Origin: a virus
Lineage: Duplodnaviria > Caudoviricetes
Direction: 5' to 3' (one strand)
IMG/VR virus record: IMGVR_UViG_3300020556_000009
Location: 1 to 36,788 of that record
DNA length: 36,788 nucleotides
Shown one piece after another: positions 18,609 through 26,581 of this stretch (positions within the stretch are counted from its first letter, which is position 1; every line of letters begins with the position of its first letter). Below the pieces are notes generated by a model. The model had not been told where the DNA came from and ran no database searches. It worked only from the letters and a program-made list of their open reading frames with translations. Both the position numbers and the translations under genes were made by a program.

Positions 18609-19127
18609 ATGGCGACATCCGTTACAGACACGCTGACAGGCTGGGTGCGGACCATATTCCAAATCTCCCGCGTCAACGGGCAGGACGTGGGCTCTATCTC
18701 GGCGTCGCAGAACTACGCCAAGAGCTACGAGATCGGCGACGGAGCCACGGCCGGGAAGGCGGATCTCGTCTTCTCCGACACGCGGACGATTCCCGCAAAC
18801 ACCTCCGAGGTGCTCGACCTGCTGGATTTGACGCAGCAGACGTTCGGCGTGGCGGTGCCTTTCGTGTTCAACCAGGTGCGCATGATCCGGGTGTTGAACA
18901 ACGAGACGGTGGCGGGCCGTCGCGTGTTGATTGGCTCGGCTCCCGGCAATCCGACCGGCGTGTACGCCGCAAGCGTCGGCCCGGCCAGCGAGTGGCACGC
19001 CATCAACTACACGGATTCTTGGGTCGTGACGTCGGCGAACCGCAACCTCCAGATCACCAATCCGAATGCCGCAGCGATCAGCTACACGATTTTCATCCTT
19101 GGCACTTCCACCGCAGCGGGGGCGTGA
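18609..19127 (+). CDS. Beta-rich hypothetical protein, paralog A
   Basis: DGATAGKADLVFSD...LDL...FG...FNQVRMIRVLN. ATG lies 6 nt after TACTCT. Confidence 0.7.
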   Translation: MATSVTDTLTGWVRTIFQISRVNGQDVGSISASQNYAKSYEIGDGATAGKADLVFSDTRTIPANTSEVLDLLDLTQQTFGVAVPFVFNQVRMIRVLNNETVAGRRVLIGSAPGNPTGVYAASVGPASEWHAINYTDSWVVTSANRNLQITNPNAAAISYTIFILGTSTAAGA

Positions 19128-19615
19128 TGGCAACCACCTTTACGTTGACCTCCACACTGCGCGTCACACCCCGCTGGGTGGATGCCTTGGATGTAATCGA
19201 CGTCGTCGACTCAGCGTCCACGTTGCTGCAGTTCGACTTGGCCAACGGCACCGGCGCCAACCAAGGCAACGCCTACTGGAAGGGCACGGTGTCGATCACG
19301 GCGAACCAGACGACGTCGCTCGACCTACGGGCGCTGTCGCTCTCAGTGTTCGGCGGCACGGGAACTCTGTCTCTGGCAAGCGTCAAGGCGCTCTTGATTG
19401 TCAACAAGTCGACCACGGCAACGCTGACGGTCGGCGGCTCCGACGCCAATCGATGGGCTGGCCGGTCGGCAGACTCCGAAACGATCGGCCCCTCCGGCGT
19501 TCTGTACGCCGTCAACGGCACCGGCTGGGCAACTACCGGCTCGAGCAAGGTGCTGACGTTCACGGCCGCCGCGGCCGCCTCGTGCGAAGTCTATCTAGCA
19601 GGAGTGAAGTCATGA
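19127..19615 (+). CDS. Beta-rich hypothetical protein, paralog B
   Basis: NGTGANQGNAYW...LDL...FG...LASVKALLIVN aligns with paralog A. TGATG coupling. Confidence 0.7.
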   Translation: MATTFTLTSTLRVTPRWVDALDVIDVVDSASTLLQFDLANGTGANQGNAYWKGTVSITANQTTSLDLRALSLSVFGGTGTLSLASVKALLIVNKSTTATLTVGGSDANRWAGRSADSETIGPSGVLYAVNGTGWATTGSSKVLTFTAAAAASCEVYLAGVKS

Positions 19616-19983
19616 TTTCCGAAGCCCCCCTCACCGCTGCGGCTGCGTTCGACAATTTGTCGGAGAAGGTGCGTGCATACATCGCTACGGCAAAGCTGGC
19701 GTCGGCGGACGGTCTGACGTGGGCAGAGTTCGGCGAACTGCTGACCGCGCTTTTGCGTCTGGCTGTGGCAACGCTGGACGACATCGGAACCTTGAGCGGC
19801 GCCGAGAAAAAGGATTTGGCGCTGGTCGCAGCTGCGGCGCTGTTCGACACGGTCGCCGATCGTTGCGTGCCGCTTCTTGCCTGGCCCGTCTACGTCATCG
19901 CCCGGCCGGCCATCAGGGCACTCGTGCTCGCTCTGGCTGGCGGTGCCATTGAATCCCTTCTTCCGCTCGTGAGGGCTGCATGA
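19612..19983 (+). CDS. Hydrophobic helical protein (holin-like candidate)
   Basis: AGGAG RBS, ATGA overlap and amphipathic/hydrophobic helices. Confidence 0.55.
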   Translation: MISEAPLTAAAAFDNLSEKVRAYIATAKLASADGLTWAEFGELLTALLRLAVATLDDIGTLSGAEKKDLALVAAAALFDTVADRCVPLLAWPVYVIARPAIRALVLALAGGAIESLLPLVRAA

Positions 19984-20531
19984 TCACTGCATTGCTCGTG
20001 GCGTTTGCCGTCTATCTGCTCGCCGGCCAGCAGATCACCGAGAAGGTGAAGGCGTTCATCTCCTCGGTGAAGATGCCCACCATCGACGGCAAGCATGTCG
20101 CCGCTGTGGCGTTGCTCGTGGCTGCGGCGATTGCGTTCATGCCGAGCCGCTCAAGTACGCCGACGCCTGCACCGTCGCCACCGGATGCATTCACGCTGCG
20201 TGGCAAGTTCGTTGGGCCGACGGCTGCCGCTGACGCTGCCACGCTCTCGGCTCTGTGTGACGAGTTGGCGTCGTGCATTGAATACGACGGCACGCACGAC
20301 CAGCGACTTAAGACCGGCGTGGCGTTTGACGAGTTGCGGATTGCTGCCCGTGAGGCTCGTTGCAAGGGCGATTCAATCGGTGCCCGTCAGCCGCACGTCA
20401 GGGAAGCCGTGCACAAGTTCCTTGACGACGCCGTGGGTGCTTCCGGCGGTCCCGTGACGGCAGAGAGCCGGGCGGCGTGGGTATCTGCACTCCGTGACCT
20501 GTCGAGGGCTGCCGCCGATGTCACGAAGTAG
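19980..20531 (+). CDS. Membrane protein with two N-terminal hydrophobic segments, Pro linker and helical domain
   Basis: ITALLVAFAVYLLAG and VAAVALLVAAAIAFM, followed by PTPAPSPP. Confidence 0.7.
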   Translation: MITALLVAFAVYLLAGQQITEKVKAFISSVKMPTIDGKHVAAVALLVAAAIAFMPSRSSTPTPAPSPPDAFTLRGKFVGPTAAADAATLSALCDELASCIEYDGTHDQRLKTGVAFDELRIAAREARCKGDSIGARQPHVREAVHKFLDDAVGASGGPVTAESRAAWVSALRDLSRAAADVTK

Positions 20532-21654
20532 CCGCTGGTCTATCGGTGCCGTCACTTTCGTCGTCGTGATGGCGATCCTCGGTGCGCTCGTTGAGCGTGC
20601 CACGCACAAGGTCGTCGCACGGATCGACGGGCAGTTCGGGTATACGCCAGACCCGGCGGGAACGAAGGCGTTTCTAGCGACTCTCGGTGACGAGAAGTTC
20701 TTCAGCCAGGCGGGTGCCGAGGCGATGAAGGAAGCCAAAGGCGTCGATACGTTTCTGTATCGACAGATGGATGCTGCACATCGAGCACGGTACGGCAAGC
20801 CGTTCGTCGTAGGCAGGCAACAAATCGGAGACTGCACCAGCTGGGGTGGAATGCATGCCGTGGCGGTCGCTGACGCTGTCTCCTGGTCGCTTGGCAAACT
20901 TCCAGAGCCACCGCTTCTCCCTGCTACGGAGCCGCTGTATGGCGGTGCTCGTGTCGAGGCGAGAGGCAAGCCGGGAGATGGTGCCCAGCCGTATGGCGGG
21001 TGGAGCGACGGCGCGACTGGCTACGGCGTCGCAAAGTTCCTGCGTGAGTTCGGCGTTGTCTATCGCCAGAAATATCCGACCGTAGACCTGACTGAGTATT
21101 CCGGCGAGCGGGCGAAGCAGTACGGGGCGTATGGCTGCGGCGGGCAAGGTGACAACGGCAGGCTCGACGCCGAGGCGAAGAAGCATCCGCTGCGGCATGT
21201 GGTTGCCGTTCGCTCGTGGGCTGAACTGGCGGCAGCGATAGAGTCAGGCTACCCGTGTACGCTCGCTTCTTCCCAAGGCTTTCAGTCCGTTCGCAACAAG
21301 GACGGCATCGCAGAAGCATCCGGCACATGGATGCACCAGCAAGTGGCAATAGGAATTCGCCACAAGAAGAACGGATCGCCGGATGACCTGTGCCTGATCC
21401 TGAACAGCTGGGGGCCAAATTGGATCGGAGGCCCGAAGGTTCCGGCAGACATGCCAGACGGCTCGTACTGGGCGCGTCGCTCTGTCGTTGAGACTCGGAT
21501 GCTCGAGGACGCATGGGCAATCGGTGACACGGACGGCTTCAAGTATCGGGATCTTGACCACGGCGGCTGGCTCGCACCGGCACCGCCAGACGCCCGCGCT
21601 CGCAAGCCGTCGCCCGCTCGTCTGATCGCAGACACATTCCACATCGCCTTCTAG
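20518..21654 (+). CDS. Membrane-anchored papain-like (C1) cysteine peptidase
   Basis: N-terminal TM segment, QQIGDCTSWG (oxyanion Q and catalytic C), WMHQQVAIG (H) and ILNSWG (N). Confidence 0.85.
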   Translation: MSRSSRWSIGAVTFVVVMAILGALVERATHKVVARIDGQFGYTPDPAGTKAFLATLGDEKFFSQAGAEAMKEAKGVDTFLYRQMDAAHRARYGKPFVVGRQQIGDCTSWGGMHAVAVADAVSWSLGKLPEPPLLPATEPLYGGARVEARGKPGDGAQPYGGWSDGATGYGVAKFLREFGVVYRQKYPTVDLTEYSGERAKQYGAYGCGGQGDNGRLDAEAKKHPLRHVVAVRSWAELAAAIESGYPCTLASSQGFQSVRNKDGIAEASGTWMHQQVAIGIRHKKNGSPDDLCLILNSWGPNWIGGPKVPADMPDGSYWARRSVVETRMLEDAWAIGDTDGFKYRDLDHGGWLAPAPPDARARKPSPARLIADTFHIAF

Positions 21655-21663
21655 GAGCAACGC

Positions 21664-21891
21664 ATGGGACTTCTCTTGTGGCTCGTATTCGGTGCCGTCG
21701 CTGGCGGCATCGCAAAGTGGCTTTACCCTGGCAAGTGCCCTGAAGGCTGGGTGCCGACCATCGGTCTCGGCGTTATCGGCTCTCTCGCTGGTGGCTTGCC
21801 GTTCGGTGACGCACCCGCCGGGCTGATCGGCAGCGTGATCGGTGCCGTCGTGGTGATGTTCGTTTACTCGCTGTGGAGCGACGACCGATGA
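21664..21891 (+). CDS. GlsB/YeaQ/YmgE (transglycosylase-associated) membrane protein
   Basis: WLVFGAVAGGIAKWLYPG...TIGLGVIGSLAGG...IGSVIGAVVV. Confidence 0.85.
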   Translation: MGLLLWLVFGAVAGGIAKWLYPGKCPEGWVPTIGLGVIGSLAGGLPFGDAPAGLIGSVIGAVVVMFVYSLWSDDR

Positions 21892-22148
21892 GCAAGCGTG
21901 AAATTCAGACAGCCGTCGTCGTGGGCCTGGTCGCCGTCATGCTCACGTGGTGGGCCGCCACCAGCGACTACAGTCCGGTCAAGCCAGAGCCTAGCCGCCC
22001 CGTTCTGCGGCTCATCCAGCGGCTCGCACGGCTCGGACTGTGGGCGATGATGTTTGCCGAGCAGCCGCCAGCCGAGCAGCACTACGTCGTACACGCCAGA
22101 GTGGACGAAAACGGGCACAGGGTGCTCGACCACGGAAAGGGCTGGTGA
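21888..22148 (+). CDS. Small membrane protein
   Basis: ATGA overlap and a TM segment AVVVGLVAVMLTWWA. Confidence 0.65.
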   Translation: MSKREIQTAVVVGLVAVMLTWWAATSDYSPVKPEPSRPVLRLIQRLARLGLWAMMFAEQPPAEQHYVVHARVDENGHRVLDHGKGW

Positions 22149-22151
22149 GGC

Positions 22152-22457
22152 ATGTGGCAAACCCTAATCGCCTGGCTCACGTGGCTGGCTGCGGACCCTG
22201 CCGCAATCGACCAAGAGGCTCCTAGAGCCTCGGCGGCGGTCTCGGTGGCATATGCCGCCACGGCACCAGAACGGGCGCCAGAGCCGAAGCCAGAGCCTAA
22301 GCCGGGTTGTTGCACCGACTGCGGCGGCAAGGGCTACATCGTCCACGGCGACGGCCACCGGACGGCATGCCCATGCCCTGCGTCGTGCAAGTGCAAAGCC
22401 TCCCCCGGCGCGTCGCTCACGCCTGGTCTACCTGCTCGGCCTGCGGGCGGGAGGTAG
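22152..22457 (+). CDS. Secreted/anchored protein with CxxCxGxG...CxC motif
   Basis: Hydrophobic N-terminus, PEPKP linker and CTDCGGKG...CPC. Confidence 0.65.
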   Translation: MWQTLIAWLTWLAADPAAIDQEAPRASAAVSVAYAATAPERAPEPKPEPKPGCCTDCGGKGYIVHGDGHRTACPCPASCKCKASPGASLTPGLPARPAGGR

Positions 22458-22459
22458 CG

Positions 22460-22837
22460 GTGAGTGACGCGCCGGCTGGGATGCTTCCACACCTCCGTAG
22501 CCGGCTCCGCGACGAGGTCGGCCCGCGAGCTGTCGCCGCTGGCCGTGCGTTTGACGAGTTCGTCGATTCCGTCTGTCGCTGTTGGAATGCGGAACATTGG
22601 ACGAAGCTCGCACGCTCGCAGCCAGAGAGCGAGACGGCTGCGGTCAAGGACGCCAAGGTGCTGATAGCCAAGGTGCGTGAAGACGTCGAGGCTATGTGGG
22701 GCGACTCGCCAGAACTCCAGAAACTCTACGGCGATGTCGGCACAGATGCCGTCGAGTCATTCGCCCGGCTGTGGTTCGAGAGCATGGCAAACCGCACTTG
22801 GATGCGTCAGGCTTGCCGCGAAGCTCGTAAAACTTGA
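22460..22837 (+). CDS. Hypothetical protein
   Basis: GGAGG RBS upstream of GTG 22460; helical. Confidence 0.6.
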   Translation: MSDAPAGMLPHLRSRLRDEVGPRAVAAGRAFDEFVDSVCRCWNAEHWTKLARSQPESETAAVKDAKVLIAKVREDVEAMWGDSPELQKLYGDVGTDAVESFARLWFESMANRTWMRQACREARKT

Positions 22838-22859
22838 CGCCCACACTATACCGGCAGGT

Positions 22860-23246
22860 ATGGTCGCCAAACGGCCTCGATACCGGCGGGGCACACCAGC
22901 GCCGCTGCGCAAGAGCTTGACGCAACTCGCCATGGAGGTGGCGCGAGCGCGGGCCTGCATCGTCCTGTACTGCTCGCCACACACTGCCGGCGGAAGCAAT
23001 CAATTCTCCGACGCCTGCGGAGTTGAGTACGTCGCTCGCGCCGCTCGTTACGACGAAACAATTCTTTACGACGCCTGCACGAGAGCCATCGACGCCATCA
23101 CGGCGATTCGCCTAGACGTCGCTGCAAGGCTGGAAGCAATTCAACCGACGGACGCGCAGCCGGGGACGCCAGACAAGCTGCAGGTGTTCCAGTCACGGGT
23201 GTCGAGCGGCAAGGCAGTCTTTCACGACGGCGACCGGAAGCTCTAA
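22860..23246 (+). CDS. Hypothetical protein with C-terminal PTxAxPGxxxK...R...G...FHxxD motif
   Basis: Motif recalled from Planctomycete proteins. The ATG follows a TTGAC motif. Confidence 0.6.
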   Translation: MVAKRPRYRRGTPAPLRKSLTQLAMEVARARACIVLYCSPHTAGGSNQFSDACGVEYVARAARYDETILYDACTRAIDAITAIRLDVAARLEAIQPTDAQPGTPDKLQVFQSRVSSGKAVFHDGDRKL

Positions 23247-23725
23247 GCGAGTCGCTCCAACAGCGAGCGGAGCGTGTCGGCGTGTATCCCGTCAGGGAAC
23301 GCAGCGTACCACTCCACCGCCTCCCGCTCCTCGTCGGTGAGCCGCAGCCGCTTTATCTCTTCTTGCAGCCATGTGTTCGCCGCTGACAGCCTCGCCGCAG
23401 CCATGTGCGTGTTGGGAGAGCCAGCGGATGCGACAGCCCGGCGCTCTTCCGCCGTCAGCGCCGCTCCCTTGCGCAATCGCTTGAGTTCATCGTTTTCCAC
23501 CAGCGTGTAGTCCGCCCAAGTGGAGCATTGGATGATCATGCCGATCTGGTCTGCGTCCGCGAGCCGCGTCACAGTCACGGTCGGCTCCTTGTGGACGTTG
23601 ACATCAATGCGGATGCTTTGCGTCAGCGACGGGCCGTCCGCTCCGATTGTTTCGGCAAGCCTGCCGATGAGTTCAGCGTGAGAACCACGCGATGCAGCGG
23701 ACGGCGTTGCATCGTCTTTAGGCAT
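23243..23725 (-). CDS. Hypothetical protein with LTxEERxAV repeats
   Basis: GAGGAG RBS before ATG 23725; LTAEERRAV and LTDEEREAV. Confidence 0.6.
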   Translation of the reverse strand: MPKDDATPSAASRGSHAELIGRLAETIGADGPSLTQSIRIDVNVHKEPTVTVTRLADADQIGMIIQCSTWADYTLVENDELKRLRKGAALTAEERRAVASAGSPNTHMAAARLSAANTWLQEEIKRLRLTDEEREAVEWYAAFPDGIHADTLRSLLERLA

Positions 23726-23773
23726 GGTTCGTCTCCTCATCGCTGCCGCTGATCCTTGTCGTTCTCAGGTCAA

Positions 23774-23983
23774 TCATTCCACCAGCCCCGGCGTCTCGCG
23801 TATCAGCGTGCGCACATGCTCCAGGTGCCGCCTCGTTTCCTCTGACGGCGAGCCGTGCTTGCAGATACCACGGCAGTATTGGTCCACGTCCCACAGCACC
23901 GCTTTCGCCTCGCTGCCTTGGCGGGCGGCGTCAAACTCGGACTGCTCGTTGGGTAGGCGGAAGCGAAGGATGGCGTGGGGCAT
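23774..23983 (-). CDS. Small phage hypothetical protein
   Basis: ILRFRLPNEQSEF...LWDVDQYCR...KH. The ATG follows TTGAC-N8-CACACT-N6. Confidence 0.7.
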   Translation of the reverse strand: MPHAILRFRLPNEQSEFDAARQGSEAKAVLWDVDQYCRGICKHGSPSEETRRHLEHVRTLIRETPGLVE

Positions 23984-24003
23984 GGCGGCAGTGTGGCATG
24001 GGC

Positions 24004-24072
24004 GTCAAGTGGTACGGCATTTCGCGGTTATTGCGTGACGAGCAATCTGCCGGAAATGGCGTACCATTTGAC
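24004..24072. repeat. 69-bp imperfect palindrome (31-nt arms, 7-nt centre)
   Basis: gtcaagtggtacggcatttcgcggttattgc compared with the reverse complement of the right arm, gtcaaatggtacgccatttccggcagattgc, gives 24/31 identical. Confidence 0.85.
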
Positions 24073-24088
24073 AGAGTTGGTCAAGGCG

Positions 24089-25066
24089 TCACGCCGCGTT
24101 GCTCTCGGGCGGATTTTCGTCGCTCGCAGGCGGGGCATCGGCGGGCTTTTCGGGCGGCTTTCCATCGCCCTTCTTCCCGTCCAGATCCAGCTTTGGCAGG
24201 TAGTCCAGCGCCTTCTTTGGCGAAGTGATCCGTGGGTCTAGGTAGTGCTGTCTCGTCATCTCTGGCGACGAGTGGCCGAGGTGCTCGGTAGCGTCGCCAC
24301 CACCAAGTGCAACGTACGACGCCGAGGATTTCCGCAGCCTGTGGAATCCCGTACCGCGCACCCCGGCTCGCCGGCACAGCAGCCGCAGGCTAGGCCAGAG
24401 CGAGTGGTACGCCCGATCCCACCGCCATACCAGAGCCTCTGGCGGGCCTGCCTGCATACGCATCATGTCAGACAGGTCAGGCGTGATCGCTCGCTGGATG
24501 TCGGTGCATCTGCCCTTTCTCGTCTCGGCTCGAAACAGGAGCGTCTGCCCGTCTAGGTCAACATCCTTCCAACGGATCTCAAGCAGGGGGCCGATACGTT
24601 CACCGCTGCACCAAGCAGCGTAAATGATCGTGCTCCACCACCAGGCGGCTGGCTTGCCGTCAATGTTGCCGATCCGCTGCTTTGCCAGCCGAATGAGCCG
24701 GGCGACCTCATCGACTGTGTACGCCTGTGGGGCATGGCGGATCTTCCTCATTCTGGGCAACGACAGGAACTCGACGTCCTGCCCGTCTGAACGCTTCAGA
24801 CGCTTCTTAGCCGCCCAGTTTGCCAGAGCGGTTAACTGTGACTTGTCCTTCGCCACCGAGGCGGCAGAGGGCTTGCCACGCTTCCGTGGCGTGGCTGCAC
24901 GCCATCGGAGGAATCCGGCGACGACCAAGTCGTCGATGTCGTCGATGGTGGGCTCGTGCTGGAGGAACTCGGCAAAGCGGTCAAGCGTGTGACCGTAGAG
25001 CACCACCGTTCTGTCAGTCAGGTTTTGCAGAATCGCGTATTTCGCCAGCACGTCTCGAAGCGTCAT
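24089..25066 (-). CDS. int: Tyrosine recombinase/integrase
   Basis: Catalytic set SGER, TRKG, FHRLR, HLGH and HY. AGGAGG RBS 9 nt before ATG 25066 (alternative ATG 25072). Confidence 0.92.
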   Translation of the reverse strand: MTLRDVLAKYAILQNLTDRTVVLYGHTLDRFAEFLQHEPTIDDIDDLVVAGFLRWRAATPRKRGKPSAASVAKDKSQLTALANWAAKKRLKRSDGQDVEFLSLPRMRKIRHAPQAYTVDEVARLIRLAKQRIGNIDGKPAAWWWSTIIYAAWCSGERIGPLLEIRWKDVDLDGQTLLFRAETRKGRCTDIQRAITPDLSDMMRMQAGPPEALVWRWDRAYHSLWPSLRLLCRRAGVRGTGFHRLRKSSASYVALGGGDATEHLGHSSPEMTRQHYLDPRITSPKKALDYLPKLDLDGKKGDGKPPEKPADAPPASDENPPESNAA

Positions 25067-25095
25067 TTTCATCGTCCTCCTGTTGTGGCGGACAT

Positions 25096-25145
25096 GGTAT
25101 ACAGCGGTGTACAGGTGTACAAGAGGGGTAATCCCGCCCTCTCCG
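25096..25145 (+). other. Candidate attP: tRNA-Ser-like 3' end core (25130-25145) preceded by three GGTRTACA repeats
   Basis: aatcccgccctctccg matches the T-arm/acceptor 3' pattern of GGAGAG-starting Ser tRNAs. Repeats at 25096, 25106 and 25114. Adjacent to int. Confidence 0.7.
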
Positions 25146-25150
25146 CTAAA

Positions 25151-25190
25151 CATCCGCCCGGTAGTGCATCCTAGAGCTACCGGGCGGATG
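25151..25190 (+). terminator. Perfect 14-bp stem hairpin after the tRNA fragment
   Basis: catccgcccggtag - 12 nt - ctaccgggcggatg. No U-tract. Confidence 0.6.
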
Positions 25191-25244
25191 GCGGCAACGA
25201 ACGGGTCGGGAATCGGTGAGGACTGGAAATCCTGCGGCAGTGGT

Positions 25245-25279
25245 TTGACCTGTTGCGGTGTGGCAACTACGATTGAGGC
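25245..25279 (+). promoter_or_regulatory. Sigma70-type leaderless promoter
   Basis: TTGACC-17-TACGAT-6-ATG(25280). Confidence 0.75.
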
Positions 25280-25585
25280 ATGATCGCAATGGCAGTGCAG
25301 GACGATTGGATTTCGGTGGAAGACGCCGCGAAAGCGGCGGGCTGTAGCCCCCAGTACATCCGCAGGCTGCTTGACAAGCACCTAGACGAGACGACAAAGC
25401 GGACAGTCGGCTGCGTGCTGGACGGCTGGAAGGTCAACGGGAAAGCCTGGACGGTGCTGAAAACGTCTGCCCAAGCCATGCGAGGGACGCTTTCGAGCCG
25501 TGCCCGCATGCACGAAGTGGCGCGGAAAGCCGCCAAAAGCCCCAAGCGGCCAGCTGCCAAGAAAGCAGCTCGCCGCCGTAAGTAG
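25280..25585 (+). CDS. Helix-turn-helix DNA-binding protein (Xis/HTH_17-like; candidate repressor or RDF)
   Basis: DWISVEDAAKAAGCSPQYIRRLL...KVNGKAWTV with a basic tail, next to attP/int. Confidence 0.8.
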   Translation: MIAMAVQDDWISVEDAAKAAGCSPQYIRRLLDKHLDETTKRTVGCVLDGWKVNGKAWTVLKTSAQAMRGTLSSRARMHEVARKAAKSPKRPAAKKAARRRK

Positions 25586-25644
25586 CGTTTCCCTCGGGAA
25601 ATACGCACTTCCGAAAAAATCTTTTCAGACCAGCTCAAGCCCGC

Positions 25645-25672
25645 TTGACTGTAGTTTCGATATTGCTACTAT
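25645..25672 (+). promoter_or_regulatory. Sigma70 promoter with 19-bp operator copy 1
   Basis: TTGACT-16-TACTAT, with gtagtttcgatattgctac at 25651-25669. Confidence 0.75.
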
Positions 25673-25722
25673 GTGGGTGTCAGGCGATTGAGACCTGACG
25701 CAACGCCAACCGGAGAGAAACG

Positions 25723-26022
25723 ATGAAGACCTCGACCAAGACCGCCGCCGCCAAGTTCGCCGCCGCAGCCCGCGAGGCTGGCTGGAAGATCAGCAGCCGC
25801 GAGAACGTCGTCACGATCACCAAGCACTTCACGCCCAACAGCCGCGAGGAGTTTGTGAAGCTCGACGGCGAATACTACGGCATCCTGTCGCTGGTCGCTG
25901 CTCGAGGCGGCAGCATCTGGGGCACGGACGGCTCGGGGGTCGGCGGCTACTCGGCGATGCTGCACGGCGTGTTCACGATGAACATCAGCGGCGTCAGCCC
26001 GGCGTTCATCGCCGCGATCTGA
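25723..26022 (+). CDS. Early hypothetical protein
   Basis: GGAG RBS, GC3-rich codons and GSIWGTDGSGVGG. Confidence 0.75.
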   Translation: MKTSTKTAAAKFAAAAREAGWKISSRENVVTITKHFTPNSREEFVKLDGEYYGILSLVAARGGSIWGTDGSGVGGYSAMLHGVFTMNISGVSPAFIAAI

Positions 26023-26090
26023 CCGCACATCCTCGCCCGCTGGCACCTGGGCCAGCGGGCACGACACCACGAGACGAAAGGGAACGAACG

Positions 26091-26267
26091 ATGAAGACCT
26101 TCCGCAACATCAACTGGACGCATCGCACTTACGACTGCACCAACATCGTCGCCTGCGTCGCAGCCTCTGCCCCTCGCCCGTGCTATGTCGAGTGCGACCC
26201 GTCCATACTCGAAGGGCTGGATCGGATCACTTCCATCGACGGCGTGACCTACTACGGATTTCTTTGA
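26091..26267 (+). CDS. Small early hypothetical protein (58 aa, below the ORF-track cutoff)
   Basis: GAAAGGGA RBS; MKTFRNINW...GVTYYGFL*. Confidence 0.65.
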   Translation: MKTFRNINWTHRTYDCTNIVACVAASAPRPCYVECDPSILEGLDRITSIDGVTYYGFL

Positions 26268-26344
26268 CCGCACAAGGTGGGGCCACCCGGCCTGCCGACA
26301 GCCGCGAAACGGGTGGCACTCACACACACGGAAAGGATTCCGCC

Positions 26345-26581
26345 ATGCTCCGCGACACACTCAAAGCCGCTCTCGTCATCGCCTGCATGACCATCGGTGC
26401 CGAGTTGCTGGTCGAGACCCGGTTCGAGATCGCCGCCATCGACATCGCACACCGCCAGGCTCTCGCGCCGCAGATCGTGGCCCAGCAGATGCCGCAGCAG
26501 ATGGAGCCGCCTGGTCGGCTTCGCCAGTTCGGTCGGTCGGCAATCAATCTTGCCGACGCAGCCCTAAGCATTCTCCGTTGA
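26345..26581 (+). CDS. Small membrane protein
   Basis: GAAAGGA RBS and a hydrophobic N-terminus. Confidence 0.65.
   Translation: MLRDTLKAALVIACMTIGAELLVETRFEIAAIDIAHRQALAPQIVAQQMPQQMEPPGRLRQFGRSAINLADAALSILR

Noticed and set aside
25130-25145. Complete tRNA-Ser gene
   Set aside because: Only the 3' 16 nt are present. The upstream sequence cannot form the rest of a tRNA.
25067-25381. 105-aa N-terminal extension of the integrase in the ORF track
   Set aside because: It runs across attP, the hairpin and the opposite-strand HTH gene, and a strong RBS supports a start at 25066/25072.
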